Assembly (NCBI GenBank): GCA_964652265.1
Contig: CAZZAL010000002.1
Location: 33,426 to 97,425, forward strand
DNA from: an uncultured Planctomycetia bacterium
GTDB taxonomy: Bacteria > Omnitrophota > Gorgyraeia > Gorgyraeales > Gorgyraeaceae
DNA: 64,000 nt
Reading direction: 5' to 3'
This document shows positions 39,464-49,435 of this stretch, one piece after another (the stretch's first letter is position 1; the number at the start of each line of letters is the position of its first letter). The notes under the pieces were generated by a model. That model saw only the letters and a program-made list of their open reading frames with translations, was not told the origin of the DNA and ran no database searches. The position numbers and the translations under genes are program-made.

Positions 39464-40636
39464 ATGAATAGAAAAGTTGTTTTAGCGTATTCAGGTGGAT
39501 TAGATACTTCAGTGGCAGTGAGATGGCTTGTTGAAGAGGGCTACGACGTGATTGCCTATATGGCTGATGTAGGTCAGGGCGGAAATTTCACAAGATTAAA
39601 GAAAAGGGCCCTTTCAGCTGGCGCTTCAAAGGTAGTCCTCCAGGATCTGAAAAAGGAATTTGCCCAGGACTTTGTCTTTAAAGCACTTAAGGCAGGAGCG
39701 GTCTATGAATCAGAATATCTCCTGGCAACCGCGCTTTCAAGACCTATCATAGCAAAAGGCCTTGTGGAGACTGCTAAAAAAGAAAAGGCAAGCTCTATAG
39801 CGCACGGCTGTACAGGAAAAGGAAATGACCAGGTGAGGTTTGAAGTGACAGCCATGGCACTTGCACCGGGCCTAAAGATAATTGCACCTCTTAGGGAGTG
39901 GAATATGTTTTCAAGAGATGAAGAGATAGAGTATGCCCATGAAAAAGGTATAGATATAGATGTTACAAAGAAGAGTCCATATAGCCTGGATCAGAATATC
40001 TGGGGCATAAGCATTGAATGCGGTGTATTAGAAGATCCATGGAATGAGCCGCCACAGGATGCCTACAAGATGAGTGTGGACCCCAAGAAGGCGCCAAATA
40101 AAGCAACATATGTAGAGATCGGTTTTGAAAAAGGTGAGCCTGTAGCGATCAACGGAAAGAAATATAAACCCGTGGATCTGATAACCAAGCTCAATAAGAT
40201 CGGTGGCAGGAATGGCATAGGTAGAACTGACCTCGTAGAAAACAGGCTTGTTGGCATCAAGTCAAGAGAGATATATGAGGCGCCTGCAGGATGGATCCTG
40301 TATAAGGCCCATAAAGATCTAGAGGCGCTTGTATTGGATAGAGAGATATTACATTTTAAGGAAAGTATTTCCTTGAAATACGCAGAGCTTGTTTATTACG
40401 GTCTATGGTTTACGCCTTTAAAGAAATCGCTCGATGCCTTTATAGGCGAGACACAGAAGAATGTTACAGGCAAGGTAAAGATGAAACTCTTAAAAGGCGT
40501 AGCAGGTGTAGCAGGGAGAACTTCGCCTCATTCACTCTATAAAAAAGAAATGGCAACGTATGAAGCAGGCGATAAATTTGATAGATCTGTAGCAGAGGGA
40601 TTTATAAAGGTATGGGGTATGCCGTATAAGAAATAA
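39464..40636 (+). CDS. argG: Argininosuccinate synthase
   Basis: VLAYSGGLDTS, GCTGKGNDQVRFE, ENRLVGIKSREIYE. Confidence 0.95.
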   Translation: MNRKVVLAYSGGLDTSVAVRWLVEEGYDVIAYMADVGQGGNFTRLKKRALSAGASKVVLQDLKKEFAQDFVFKALKAGAVYESEYLLATALSRPIIAKGLVETAKKEKASSIAHGCTGKGNDQVRFEVTAMALAPGLKIIAPLREWNMFSRDEEIEYAHEKGIDIDVTKKSPYSLDQNIWGISIECGVLEDPWNEPPQDAYKMSVDPKKAPNKATYVEIGFEKGEPVAINGKKYKPVDLITKLNKIGGRNGIGRTDLVENRLVGIKSREIYEAPAGWILYKAHKDLEALVLDREILHFKESISLKYAELVYYGLWFTPLKKSLDAFIGETQKNVTGKVKMKLLKGVAGVAGRTSPHSLYKKEMATYEAGDKFDRSVAEGFIKVWGMPYKK

Positions 40637-40645
40637 GGAGTTTTT

Positions 40646-41965
40646 ATGAAGAATAAATTATGGGGTGGAAGATTTACTAAGAAGACAAATCCTTTAGTGG
40701 ATGAATTCACAAGATCGATTCAGTTTGATAAAAAACTGGCTGAGTATGACTGTATAGGTTCGCTTGCGCATATCAATGTGCTTAAAAAGGCAGGACTTTT
40801 AAACGTCGCAGAACACAAGAAACTGGAAACCGGTTTAAGAGGTATACTAGATTCAATAAATAAAGGCGTTTTTGAGATAGAGCCTAAATTTGAGGATATC
40901 CACAGTTACGTGCAGCATCTTTTAGAGGCAAAGGTGGGCAAGGTAGCGCTTAAGCTCCATACATGTAGATCAAGGAATGATCAGGTGGTGTTTGATACAA
41001 AACTTTATTGCCTGGAGAATGCAGCATCATCTTTAGGGCTTTTTTCAGGACTTGGTAGGAAATTGACCAAGTTGGCAAAAGATAATCCCAAGCAGATCAT
41101 CCCTGGTTATACGCATATGCAGCACGCTATACCTGTAAGTCTGGGGGATTATTTCCAGGCGTATTCTGAAATGCTAAAGAGAGATGCCAATAGACTCCAA
41201 AGCGCTTCAAAGAATATATCCCTGACAATGGGTTCCGGTGCTATTGCCGGCACATGTATTGATGCACAAAAATATGAAGATAAAGAGATCGCACCAGCTT
41301 CTAATGGCATTGATACTGTAAGCGACAGGGATTTTATCATAGAGATACTGAGCTCTCTTGCGATAGCAGGTATGCACCTGTCAAGGCTTGCAGAGGATCT
41401 GATCCTATGGTCAACGAGAGAATTTGATTTTATAGACATAGATGATGCCTTTTGCACAGGCAGTTCTCTTATGCCGCAGAAGAAGAACCCGGATGTATTA
41501 GAACTAGTAAGAGGAAACACAGGGAAACTCTATGGAAACCTTATGAATGTACTCGTAATGATGAAGGGTCTACCTTTATCATACAATAGAGACATGCAGC
41601 TAGATAAAGAGCCTCTATTTAGTTCTTTTGAGATCATACAGCAGGAATTAAAGGTTCTGGCAGCGCTCCTGCCAAAGATAAAGTTCAAAAAACAAAATAT
41701 TGCCAAGCAGCTCGAAGACGAATGCCTATACGCGACTGACATAGCAGATTATTTAGTTCAAAAAGGCGTTGCGTTTAAAGATGCACATGCGATCATAGGT
41801 AAACTCATAGCGTATAAGATTAAAACCGGCAAGGAAATAAAGAAGATGGCTAACCTTGAACTTAAAAAGTTCCATCCTTTATTGACTTCTAAGGAGATGA
41901 AAAGAATAATAAACCCGGAGACATCCATCAAGTCAAAGAAATCTATAAAAAGAAAGAAAAGGTAA
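40646..41965 (+). CDS. argH: Argininosuccinate lyase
   Basis: KLWGGRF N-terminus, GYTHMQHAIP, GSSLMPQKKNPD fumarase/lyase signature. Confidence 0.95.
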   Translation: MKNKLWGGRFTKKTNPLVDEFTRSIQFDKKLAEYDCIGSLAHINVLKKAGLLNVAEHKKLETGLRGILDSINKGVFEIEPKFEDIHSYVQHLLEAKVGKVALKLHTCRSRNDQVVFDTKLYCLENAASSLGLFSGLGRKLTKLAKDNPKQIIPGYTHMQHAIPVSLGDYFQAYSEMLKRDANRLQSASKNISLTMGSGAIAGTCIDAQKYEDKEIAPASNGIDTVSDRDFIIEILSSLAIAGMHLSRLAEDLILWSTREFDFIDIDDAFCTGSSLMPQKKNPDVLELVRGNTGKLYGNLMNVLVMMKGLPLSYNRDMQLDKEPLFSSFEIIQQELKVLAALLPKIKFKKQNIAKQLEDECLYATDIADYLVQKGVAFKDAHAIIGKLIAYKIKTGKEIKKMANLELKKFHPLLTSKEMKRIINPETSIKSKKSIKRKKR

Positions 41966-41969
41966 AGAT

Positions 41970-43223
41970 ATGCACGACTTTAAATATAAACACAATCAGC
42001 TTTATTGCGAGGGAACCCGCATAGATAAACTCGCAAAAAAATATGGCACACCTCTTTATGTATACAGTCGTAAGACTTTCCTGGATCATTACAGGAAATT
42101 GCAGGCTGCGTTCAGGAGTGTGAGGCCCCTTATATGTTATTCAGTAAAGGCGAATTCCAATCTTTCTATACTAAAGATGCTTGTTAAAATTGGCGCTGGG
42201 TTGGATATTGTCTCAGGGGGAGAACTTTCTAGAGCGCTTAAAGCAGGGGTATCTCCGAAAAAGATCGTATATGCAAGCGTAGGAAAGAAAGAAAAAGAGA
42301 TAGAGTATGCCATAAAAAATAATATCCTTCTTTTCAATGTAGAATCTTTGTCCGAAGCTAGGATGATTAATAAAGTTGCAAGGAGACTACGCAGGAGACA
42401 GGCTATTGCCCTTCGTGTAAATCCTAATGTTAAGGCAAAAACGCATAAATATATCACGACCGGGCACAAACAGAATAAATTCGGTATTGATATAGAGACA
42501 GCGAAAGATATGTTCTTAAACCGGAGAGAGTTTAAAAACCTTGATGTAACCGGTGTACACCTGCATATTGGTTCGCAGATAGTCGAGGCAAAACCATTTG
42601 TAAAGGCAATAGAGAGACTGGCGGGTTTCGTAAAGGATATGGAATCCCGCGGCATAAGGATAAAATGGTTTAATATCGGCGGCGGGCTCGGAATAATCTA
42701 TTCCGGCGAAAGACCGCAGACTGCCCAGGAATATGCAAAAGCAGTCCTACCATTATTAAAAAAGTTGAATGCAAGAATAATACTTGAGCCAGGTAGGTTT
42801 ATCTCTGGTAACGCAGGAGTGCTTGTTGCAAAGGTGTTGTATATAAAAGAAGTCCCTGGCAAGAATTTTGCAATAGTGGATACAGCGATGAATGACCTCC
42901 TAAGGCCGAGTCTTTACGAGGCATATCACGAGATATTACCTGTTGAGTCAAGGCCATACAGATCCTCGAGAAGGATCCGCAGGTATGATATAGTAGGCCC
43001 TGTGTGCGAGAGTGGAGATTTTCTTGGCAAGGACAGGAAGTTTATTGATTTAAAAGAAGGAGATCTTTTGTCTGTCATGAGCGCAGGCGCGTATGGATAC
43101 AGCATGGCCAGTAACTATAATTCCAGGCCACGGCCAGCAGAGATATTAGTGGATGGTAGTCGCGCAAGACTCATAACGCGTCGCGAGACATACAAAGATC
43201 TAGTACGATTGGAACTGTTCTAA
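41970..43223 (+). CDS. lysA: Diaminopimelate decarboxylase
   Basis: YSVKANSN (PLP Lys), HLHIGSQ, GGGLGI, GPVCESGD. Confidence 0.9.
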   Translation: MHDFKYKHNQLYCEGTRIDKLAKKYGTPLYVYSRKTFLDHYRKLQAAFRSVRPLICYSVKANSNLSILKMLVKIGAGLDIVSGGELSRALKAGVSPKKIVYASVGKKEKEIEYAIKNNILLFNVESLSEARMINKVARRLRRRQAIALRVNPNVKAKTHKYITTGHKQNKFGIDIETAKDMFLNRREFKNLDVTGVHLHIGSQIVEAKPFVKAIERLAGFVKDMESRGIRIKWFNIGGGLGIIYSGERPQTAQEYAKAVLPLLKKLNARIILEPGRFISGNAGVLVAKVLYIKEVPGKNFAIVDTAMNDLLRPSLYEAYHEILPVESRPYRSSRRIRRYDIVGPVCESGDFLGKDRKFIDLKEGDLLSVMSAGAYGYSMASNYNSRPRPAEILVDGSRARLITRRETYKDLVRLELF

Positions 43224-43253
43224 GACTAGGTCCTGAACAGTATTGAGAATAAT

Positions 43254-44045
43254 ATGGGAAGATTAAAATTTACAAAGATGTCTGGTGCTGGAAATGACTT
43301 TATAGTAGTCCAGACCAGGCTAAAGGGGTACTCCAGAGTCGCGCAACAATTATGTCAAAAAAACACAGGTATAGACGCGGACGGACTGTTAGTTTTAGAG
43401 AAGTCAAAGAAAGCGGATTTTAAGATGCGGATATTCAATACAGATGGCAGCGAAGCTGAGATGTGCGGCAACGGGTTGAGATGTGCAGCGCTTTATGTCG
43501 GTAAAAAGGGAAAGATAAAGATCGAGACGATAGCAGGCATATACGAGGCCCAGATCACGGCTAAGGATAGGGTCAGGATAAAGATGGAGGAACCAAAGGC
43601 AATAAAGCGCGATTTAGTTATAAAGGTAAATGCTAGAAACGTAAAGGTGGGTTGCCTAGATACAGGGGTTCCTCATGCAGTGATCTTTGTGCAGGGGATA
43701 GATAAAATTAACGTGGATTCTATAGGTCGAAACATAAGGTATCACGCAAAATTCAAGCCGCGTGGTACAAATGTTGATTTTGTCGAGATAGTAGATGATA
43801 AAAATATAAAGATGAGGACGTATGAACGCGGTGTAGAGGGCGAGACCCTTGCATGCGGTACAGGCGCAGTGGCATCTGCCATAATAAGTGGTCTTAGCTC
43901 TCGAGGTTCAGCGTACAAGATAGACGTTCATACAAAAGGCGGGATTTTGAAGGTTTATTTTAAAAAATCCGGAAAAAGGATCAAAGATGTCTATTTAGAA
44001 GGTGAAACAAGAAAGGTTTTCAAGGGAGAGGTGGATTATGTTTGA
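43254..44045 (+). CDS. dapF: Diaminopimelate epimerase
   Basis: KMSGAGNDF, NTDGSEAEMCGNG and LACGTGA (two catalytic Cys). Confidence 0.9.
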   Translation: MGRLKFTKMSGAGNDFIVVQTRLKGYSRVAQQLCQKNTGIDADGLLVLEKSKKADFKMRIFNTDGSEAEMCGNGLRCAALYVGKKGKIKIETIAGIYEAQITAKDRVRIKMEEPKAIKRDLVIKVNARNVKVGCLDTGVPHAVIFVQGIDKINVDSIGRNIRYHAKFKPRGTNVDFVEIVDDKNIKMRTYERGVEGETLACGTGAVASAIISGLSSRGSAYKIDVHTKGGILKVYFKKSGKRIKDVYLEGETRKVFKGEVDYV

Positions 44046-44913
44046 AGGTTCAATGGTAGCTATTGTAACGCCATTTAAAAAAGGAAAAGTAGATGAGAAG
44101 ACTCTAGCGGAACTTGTAGAGTTTCATATTAAGAACGGGACCAGCGCTATTGTGCCATGTGGCACAACAGGCGAGTCAGCAACGCTTTCCTATGAAGAGC
44201 ATGACCATGTTATAGACGTAGTAATAGAGGTTAGTAATAAAAGGGTACCTGTTATGGCAGGGACTGGTTCAAATAATACCAGTGAAGCTATAATGCTGAC
44301 AAAACATGCAAAGGCCAAAGGCGCAGACGCATCACTTCAGATCACCCCTTATTATAATAAACCCACGCAGGAAGGGATTTATCTCCATTTCAAAAAAATA
44401 GCAGATGAGGCAGATATTCCTTTGATCGTTTATAATATTCAATCGCGCACAGGTGTAAACATAACTCCTGAGACAATGGAGCGCCTGAGCAAAGTAAAAA
44501 ATATCGTAGGCGTAAAAGAGGCAAGCGGAAACCTGGATCAGATGTCCAGGATACGAGAATTATGCGGTGATGACTTTGATCTGATATCAGGAGATGATGA
44601 TATGACCTTACCTGTTCTTAAAATAGGAGGCACAGGCGTGATTTCAGTAGTAGCCAATATCGTGCCAAAGGATGTCAGCGATTTAGTTTCTAAATTTAAA
44701 AAAGGAGACGCACAAGGCGCAGAGAAATTACAGAATAGGCTTTCTCCGCTTGTAAAGGCAATGTTCATAGAGACGAATCCTATTCCTGTCAAGACAGCAA
44801 TGGCGCTTATGGGTATGATAAAAGAGCCAGGGCTTCGCCTTCCTATGTGTGACATATCCAAAGAGAATCTAGTAAAACTTAAAAAGGCACTGAAAGATTA
44901 TAGTCTCTTGTAA
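44038..44913 (+). CDS. dapA: 4-hydroxy-tetrahydrodipicolinate synthase
   Basis: AIVTPF, CGTTGES, YYNKPTQEG, GVKEASG (Schiff-base Lys). Internal Met MFEGSMVA chosen; 8-nt overlap with dapF. Confidence 0.9.
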   Translation: MFEGSMVAIVTPFKKGKVDEKTLAELVEFHIKNGTSAIVPCGTTGESATLSYEEHDHVIDVVIEVSNKRVPVMAGTGSNNTSEAIMLTKHAKAKGADASLQITPYYNKPTQEGIYLHFKKIADEADIPLIVYNIQSRTGVNITPETMERLSKVKNIVGVKEASGNLDQMSRIRELCGDDFDLISGDDDMTLPVLKIGGTGVISVVANIVPKDVSDLVSKFKKGDAQGAEKLQNRLSPLVKAMFIETNPIPVKTAMALMGMIKEPGLRLPMCDISKENLVKLKKALKDYSLL

Positions 44914-44922
44914 GGAGATAAC

Positions 44923-45663
44923 ATGATAAGACTTGTTATAAGCGGTGTAGCAGGAAGGATGGGAAAAAGAATAGCGGCTCTTGCGTCAGAAGATAAGGCG
45001 TTTGAGGTAGCGGGTGGCTTAGAGTCACCAGATTGTCCTCTTATTGGAAAAGATATAGGGGAGATTCTTGGCCTTGGAAAGATCGGTAAGTCCCTAGGGA
45101 CTGAATTTAAGAAAGTAGCCGGAGACTGTGACGCATTGATAGAGTTTACATTTCCTTCTGTGACCATGGAGCACCTGGAGGTTGCCTGCAAGAATAAGAT
45201 TGGGATGGTGATAGGCACTACAGCCTTATCTTCTGAAGACATGGAAAGAATAAAAAAGGCCTCTAGGGAGATCCCTATAGTATTTTCTCCAAACATGAGC
45301 GTTGGTGCAAATCTATTATTCAAGATTACTGAGATTGTTTCAAAGGCATTGAGCAAGGATTATAAAGTCCAGATCGTAGAGGCCCACCATGCCAAGAAAA
45401 AAGATGCACCCAGCGGCACTGCCAAAAGATTAGGAGATGCGGTTTTGAAGGTTCGGGGCGAGACCCCTCCTATAGAGTCTATAAGAGAAGGTGATATAGT
45501 AGGAGACCATACTGTAAGGTTCCAAGGAGGAGTAGAGACAGTAGAGCTTACACACAGGGCGCATTCAAGGGATGCATTTGCAAAAGGAGCACTGGATGCA
45601 GCAAAGTTTTTAACAGGCAGAAAACCAGGCTTCTATACTATGCACGATGTAATCGCTATGTAA
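44923..45663 (+). CDS. dapB: 4-hydroxy-tetrahydrodipicolinate reductase
   Basis: VISGVAGRMGK N-terminus and EAHHAKKKDAPSGTA signature. Confidence 0.9.
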   Translation: MIRLVISGVAGRMGKRIAALASEDKAFEVAGGLESPDCPLIGKDIGEILGLGKIGKSLGTEFKKVAGDCDALIEFTFPSVTMEHLEVACKNKIGMVIGTTALSSEDMERIKKASREIPIVFSPNMSVGANLLFKITEIVSKALSKDYKVQIVEAHHAKKKDAPSGTAKRLGDAVLKVRGETPPIESIREGDIVGDHTVRFQGGVETVELTHRAHSRDAFAKGALDAAKFLTGRKPGFYTMHDVIAM

Positions 45664-45680
45664 TTAGAAAGGATCGTAAC

Positions 45681-46847
45681 ATGGATTTCAAATTTACTGA
45701 CAGGTTAAATAATCTTCCGCCTTATTTATTTGTAGAGGTTGATAAGGCGAAACGTAAAGCCATAAAAGAAGGAAAAGACATAATAGACCTTGGGATAGGA
45801 GATCCTGATGAAGGCGCCCCCAAAGAGGTGATTGATTCCCTCTGCAGGGCCCTGCAGGATTCTGGCAACCATCATTATCCTCTTGACCAGGGGATTCCCC
45901 TCTTAAGAAACAAGATAAGAGATTGGTATAAAAAGAGGTTTGGTGTATCTCTTGATCCAGGAAAAGAGATCCTTGCATTGATAGGTTCTAAAGAGGGCAT
46001 TGCCCACATGCCTCTTGCGTTTATCAATCCAGGAGATGTGTCTTTGATCCCTGACCCCTGCTATCCGCCGTATCGAGGCGGCACGATCCTGGCAGGGGGA
46101 GACGTATATAATATGCCTCTTCTGGAAGAGAATAATTTTCTACCTGATCTAAATAAAATAAAAAAGGATGCATTAAAAAAAGCGAAGATCCTTTATATAA
46201 ATTATCCAAATAATCCTACAAGCGCGGTATGCGAAAAAGGTTTTTTTGAGGACGTGGTACTTTTTGCAAAAAAACACAATCTGATCGTAGCCCATGACGC
46301 AGCCTATTCTGAGATAATGTTTGACGGATACAGGTCGGATAGTTTTTTAAAAGTAGCTGGAGCTATGGATGTAGGGGTGGAGTTTCATTCTGTTTCCAAG
46401 ACCTGCAATATGACTGGCTGGCGCATTGGATTTGTCTGTGGGAATGAAAAAATCATATCCGGGATAGCCAAGGTAAAGTCCAACATAGATTCAGGTGTAT
46501 TTACTGCAATACAACTCGCAGGTATTACTGCTTTAGATATTGCTGAAAAACATCTTGAGAGGATGAACAGGGTTTACCAGGAAAGAAGGAATGTCCTGGT
46601 CGACGGACTTAATAGAATAGGTTGGCCTGCCAGGAAACCAAAGGCAACGTTTTATGTTTGGACGCGAGTTCCAAAGTCCTACAAGTCTTCTATAGAGTTT
46701 GCTGCGATGGTGCTTGATAAGGCGGGCATAGTCATAACACCTGGCATAGGCATGGGAGATAGCGGCGAGGGTTATGTGAGGATGGCACTTACTGTCTCCA
46801 AAGAAAGGATGCAGGAGGCAGTAGACAGGCTCCAGAAGATCTTATAG
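45681..46847 (+). CDS. dapL: Class I/II aminotransferase, probable LL-diaminopimelate aminotransferase
   Basis: LPPYLFVEVD, YPNNPT and SVSKTCNMTGWRIGF (PLP Lys) are typical of the DapL/AspC-like group. Its position directly after dapB, with no dapD/dapC/dapE in the operon, supports DapL. Confidence 0.65.
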   Translation: MDFKFTDRLNNLPPYLFVEVDKAKRKAIKEGKDIIDLGIGDPDEGAPKEVIDSLCRALQDSGNHHYPLDQGIPLLRNKIRDWYKKRFGVSLDPGKEILALIGSKEGIAHMPLAFINPGDVSLIPDPCYPPYRGGTILAGGDVYNMPLLEENNFLPDLNKIKKDALKKAKILYINYPNNPTSAVCEKGFFEDVVLFAKKHNLIVAHDAAYSEIMFDGYRSDSFLKVAGAMDVGVEFHSVSKTCNMTGWRIGFVCGNEKIISGIAKVKSNIDSGVFTAIQLAGITALDIAEKHLERMNRVYQERRNVLVDGLNRIGWPARKPKATFYVWTRVPKSYKSSIEFAAMVLDKAGIVITPGIGMGDSGEGYVRMALTVSKERMQEAVDRLQKIL

Positions 46848-46849
46848 AT

Positions 46850-47245
46850 ATGCGGTGTTACATAGGTGTTGGCTCAAATCTCGGAGATAGAGAAAGGAAT
46901 ATCGAAAACGCGATTCAGAAATTGCGTGAGGCGAGAAGCATTGATGTAAAAAAGACATCTCAGATTTATGAAACAGAGCCAGTGAATGGACCACTACAAC
47001 CAAGATACCTTAATGGTGTTATAGAGATCGAGACAGAAATAATGCCACAGGAGCTTCTTTGCGCTCTACAGAGAATAGAAAAAGAGCTTGGTAGAGTAAG
47101 ACTGATTAAAAATGGACCGCGTACTATAGACCTGGATATACTCACCTATGGCGAGGAGAAAATAGATGAACCTGATTTAAAGGTTCCACATCCGAGAATG
47201 AACGAACGCGAGTTTGTACAGCGACCATTGAAGGATCTATTATAA
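46850..47245 (+). CDS. folK: 2-amino-4-hydroxy-6-hydroxymethyldihydropteridine pyrophosphokinase
   Basis: IGVGSNLGDR, PRTIDLDIL, PHPRMNEREFV. Confidence 0.85.
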   Translation: MRCYIGVGSNLGDRERNIENAIQKLREARSIDVKKTSQIYETEPVNGPLQPRYLNGVIEIETEIMPQELLCALQRIEKELGRVRLIKNGPRTIDLDILTYGEEKIDEPDLKVPHPRMNEREFVQRPLKDLL

Positions 47246-47254
47246 AAGGCGGGC

Positions 47255-48097
47255 ATGGAAGTTTATCGAGGCGTAAAACCGTTAATAGACAGGATAGATA
47301 AGGTAAAAAAACAGGGTAAACGCATAGGTTTTGTGCCTACCATGGGTTTTTTACACGAGGGCCACTTAAGCCTCATAAGAAAGGCAGCCAAGGATACAGA
47401 CTGCGTGGTAGTAAGTATCTTTGTAAATCCTATCCAGTTTGGACCAGGGGAGGATCTTGAAAAATACCCCAGAGACTTAAGGCGCGATTTAAGGTTTTGC
47501 AGGGATAATGGTGTGGACGCTGTATTTATTCCTATGTCAAAGATGTTGTATGGAAATGGATTTTCAACCTATGTGGATGTTAAAAATCTTACGGATGGCC
47601 TTTGTGGGATCCAAAGACCAGACCATTTTAAAGGTGTCGCAACTGTAGTTGCGAAACTTTTTAATATTATAAGGCCTGATGTGGCATATTTTGGTCAAAA
47701 GGATGCACAGCAGACGCTTTTAATCAAAAAAATGGTCGAAGACCTTGATATACCTGTAAAAATAAAAGTCATGCCTATTGTTAGAGAAAAAGATGGCCTT
47801 GCAATGAGTTCGAGGAATGCATATTTAAATAGTTGTCAGAGGAGAGAGGCACTTTCGTTATATAAGTCTTTAAGGGTAGCTAGGGATCTGCATAAAAGAG
47901 GAGAAAAGAACTCAAAAAAAATAATCAGAGAGATGCGCAGTGTAATCCTTAAGGAGAGGCACGCAAGCATAGAGTATGTTTCAATAGTAGATCTTAAAAG
48001 GCTTAAGCCTATAAATAGGATTTCCGAAAAGACGCTGGTTGCAGTGGCAGTTAAAATCGGAAAGACAAGATTAATAGATAACATCATCTTAAATTAA
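47255..48097 (+). CDS. panC: Pantoate--beta-alanine ligase
   Basis: VPTMGFLHEGHLSL, FGQKDAQQ, REKDGLAMSSRN. Confidence 0.9.
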   Translation: MEVYRGVKPLIDRIDKVKKQGKRIGFVPTMGFLHEGHLSLIRKAAKDTDCVVVSIFVNPIQFGPGEDLEKYPRDLRRDLRFCRDNGVDAVFIPMSKMLYGNGFSTYVDVKNLTDGLCGIQRPDHFKGVATVVAKLFNIIRPDVAYFGQKDAQQTLLIKKMVEDLDIPVKIKVMPIVREKDGLAMSSRNAYLNSCQRREALSLYKSLRVARDLHKRGEKNSKKIIREMRSVILKERHASIEYVSIVDLKRLKPINRISEKTLVAVAVKIGKTRLIDNIILN

Positions 48098-48109
48098 AGG
48101 AGATAGATT

Positions 48110-48466
48110 ATGTTCCGCACAATTTTAAAATCAAAGATACATGGGGCAAAGGTTACACAGTCAAATCTGGAATATAAAGGAAGCATTACAATAGATCCTG
48201 AATTACTGGAGGCGGTTGATCTCATCCTTAATGAAAAGGTCCAAGTGATAAATCTTAATAATGCCAGTAGGCTGGAAACATATGTCATAGCTGGCGAGAA
48301 GGGTTCAGGTATCATAGGCATGAACGGTGGGGCAGCGCTACATGCTGCTGTAGGTGATAAGCTTCTTATAATGTCTTATGCCTTAATGGAGACAAAGAAT
48401 GCTATTAGCTATGCCCCAAAGATTGTTTTTCTCGACGATAAAAATAAGATAGTCGATAGAAAGTAG
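48110..48466 (+). CDS. panD: Aspartate 1-decarboxylase (pyruvoyl-dependent)
   Basis: MFRTILKSKIHGAKVT, YKGSITID (Gly-Ser self-processing site), NGGAA. Confidence 0.9.
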   Translation: MFRTILKSKIHGAKVTQSNLEYKGSITIDPELLEAVDLILNEKVQVINLNNASRLETYVIAGEKGSGIIGMNGGAALHAAVGDKLLIMSYALMETKNAISYAPKIVFLDDKNKIVDRK

Positions 48467-48474
48467 GTAGAGCC

Positions 48475-49434
48475 ATGGATGATATAAAATACAGAGATAA
48501 CCTAAAAAAGAAAATACGAAAGTTAAAAAAAGAAAAAGACGCTGTAGTAATAGTCCATAATTATCAACGCGATGAGATCCAGGATATAGCTGATATAAGC
48601 GGGGATTCCCTTGCGTTGAGCCGGGCAGCTGTAAAGGCCAGTGCCAAGGTCATTGTGTTCTGCGGAGTGGATTTTATGGCAGAGAGCGCCTCGATATTAA
48701 ACCCCGATAAGATTGTACTCTTGCCTGTTAAAGAAGCAGGATGCCCAATGGCAGACATGGTAACAGTTGAGCGTCTGAGAGAAAAAAAGAAAGAATATCC
48801 GAATGCCGCCACAGTATGTTATGTAAATTCTTCTGCTGAGATCAAGGCAGAGAGTGATATATGCTGCACTTCTTCCAATGCTATTCAGATCGTAAACTCC
48901 TTAAAGGATCATAAGGATATCATATTTATCCCGGACAAAAATTTAGGCAGATACATACAGGCCAACATACCTGATAAAAGAATCGTTTTATGGGAAGGAT
49001 TTTGTCCTACTCATATACGTGTATCAAAGGAAGAGGTGTTGAGGATGAAAGCCCAACATCCAGAATCTCTGGCGTTGGCACATCCTGAATGTAACCCAGA
49101 CGTCCTTTCTGTAAGCGACCATATCTGCAGCACAGCCGGTATGTTTAAATTTGCCAAGGCTTCAAAGGTAAAATCATTCATCATCGTCACGGAATCAGGC
49201 ATGTTATATGGACTAAAGAAAGCCAATCCTGACAAAGATTTTTACGTGCCGACAGAGAGGTTGGTATGTCCGACGATGAAGCTTACGACCCTGGGATGGG
49301 TGGCACATTCCCTTGAATCAATGGAACATCAGATCAAGATCACAGGAGAAATAAAGGAAAAGGCGTATGAGTCTTTGATGCGCATGCTCAAGGTTTCAGG
49401 AGAGAAATCAGGCGCTGCAATATCAGGAGTTTAA
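48475..49434 (+). CDS. nadA: Quinolinate synthase
   Basis: VHNYQRDEIQD, FCGVDFMAESA, and Cys-bearing segments GCPMA, FCPTH and VCPTMK matching the three-domain NadA pattern. Confidence 0.9.
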   Translation: MDDIKYRDNLKKKIRKLKKEKDAVVIVHNYQRDEIQDIADISGDSLALSRAAVKASAKVIVFCGVDFMAESASILNPDKIVLLPVKEAGCPMADMVTVERLREKKKEYPNAATVCYVNSSAEIKAESDICCTSSNAIQIVNSLKDHKDIIFIPDKNLGRYIQANIPDKRIVLWEGFCPTHIRVSKEEVLRMKAQHPESLALAHPECNPDVLSVSDHICSTAGMFKFAKASKVKSFIIVTESGMLYGLKKANPDKDFYVPTERLVCPTMKLTTLGWVAHSLESMEHQIKITGEIKEKAYESLMRMLKVSGEKSGAAISGV

Positions 49435-49435
49435 A

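Noticed and set aside
42137-42655. 172-aa minus-strand ORF
   Set aside because: It is antisense to lysA. The translation is Ser/Leu/Phe/Ile-rich and has no support.
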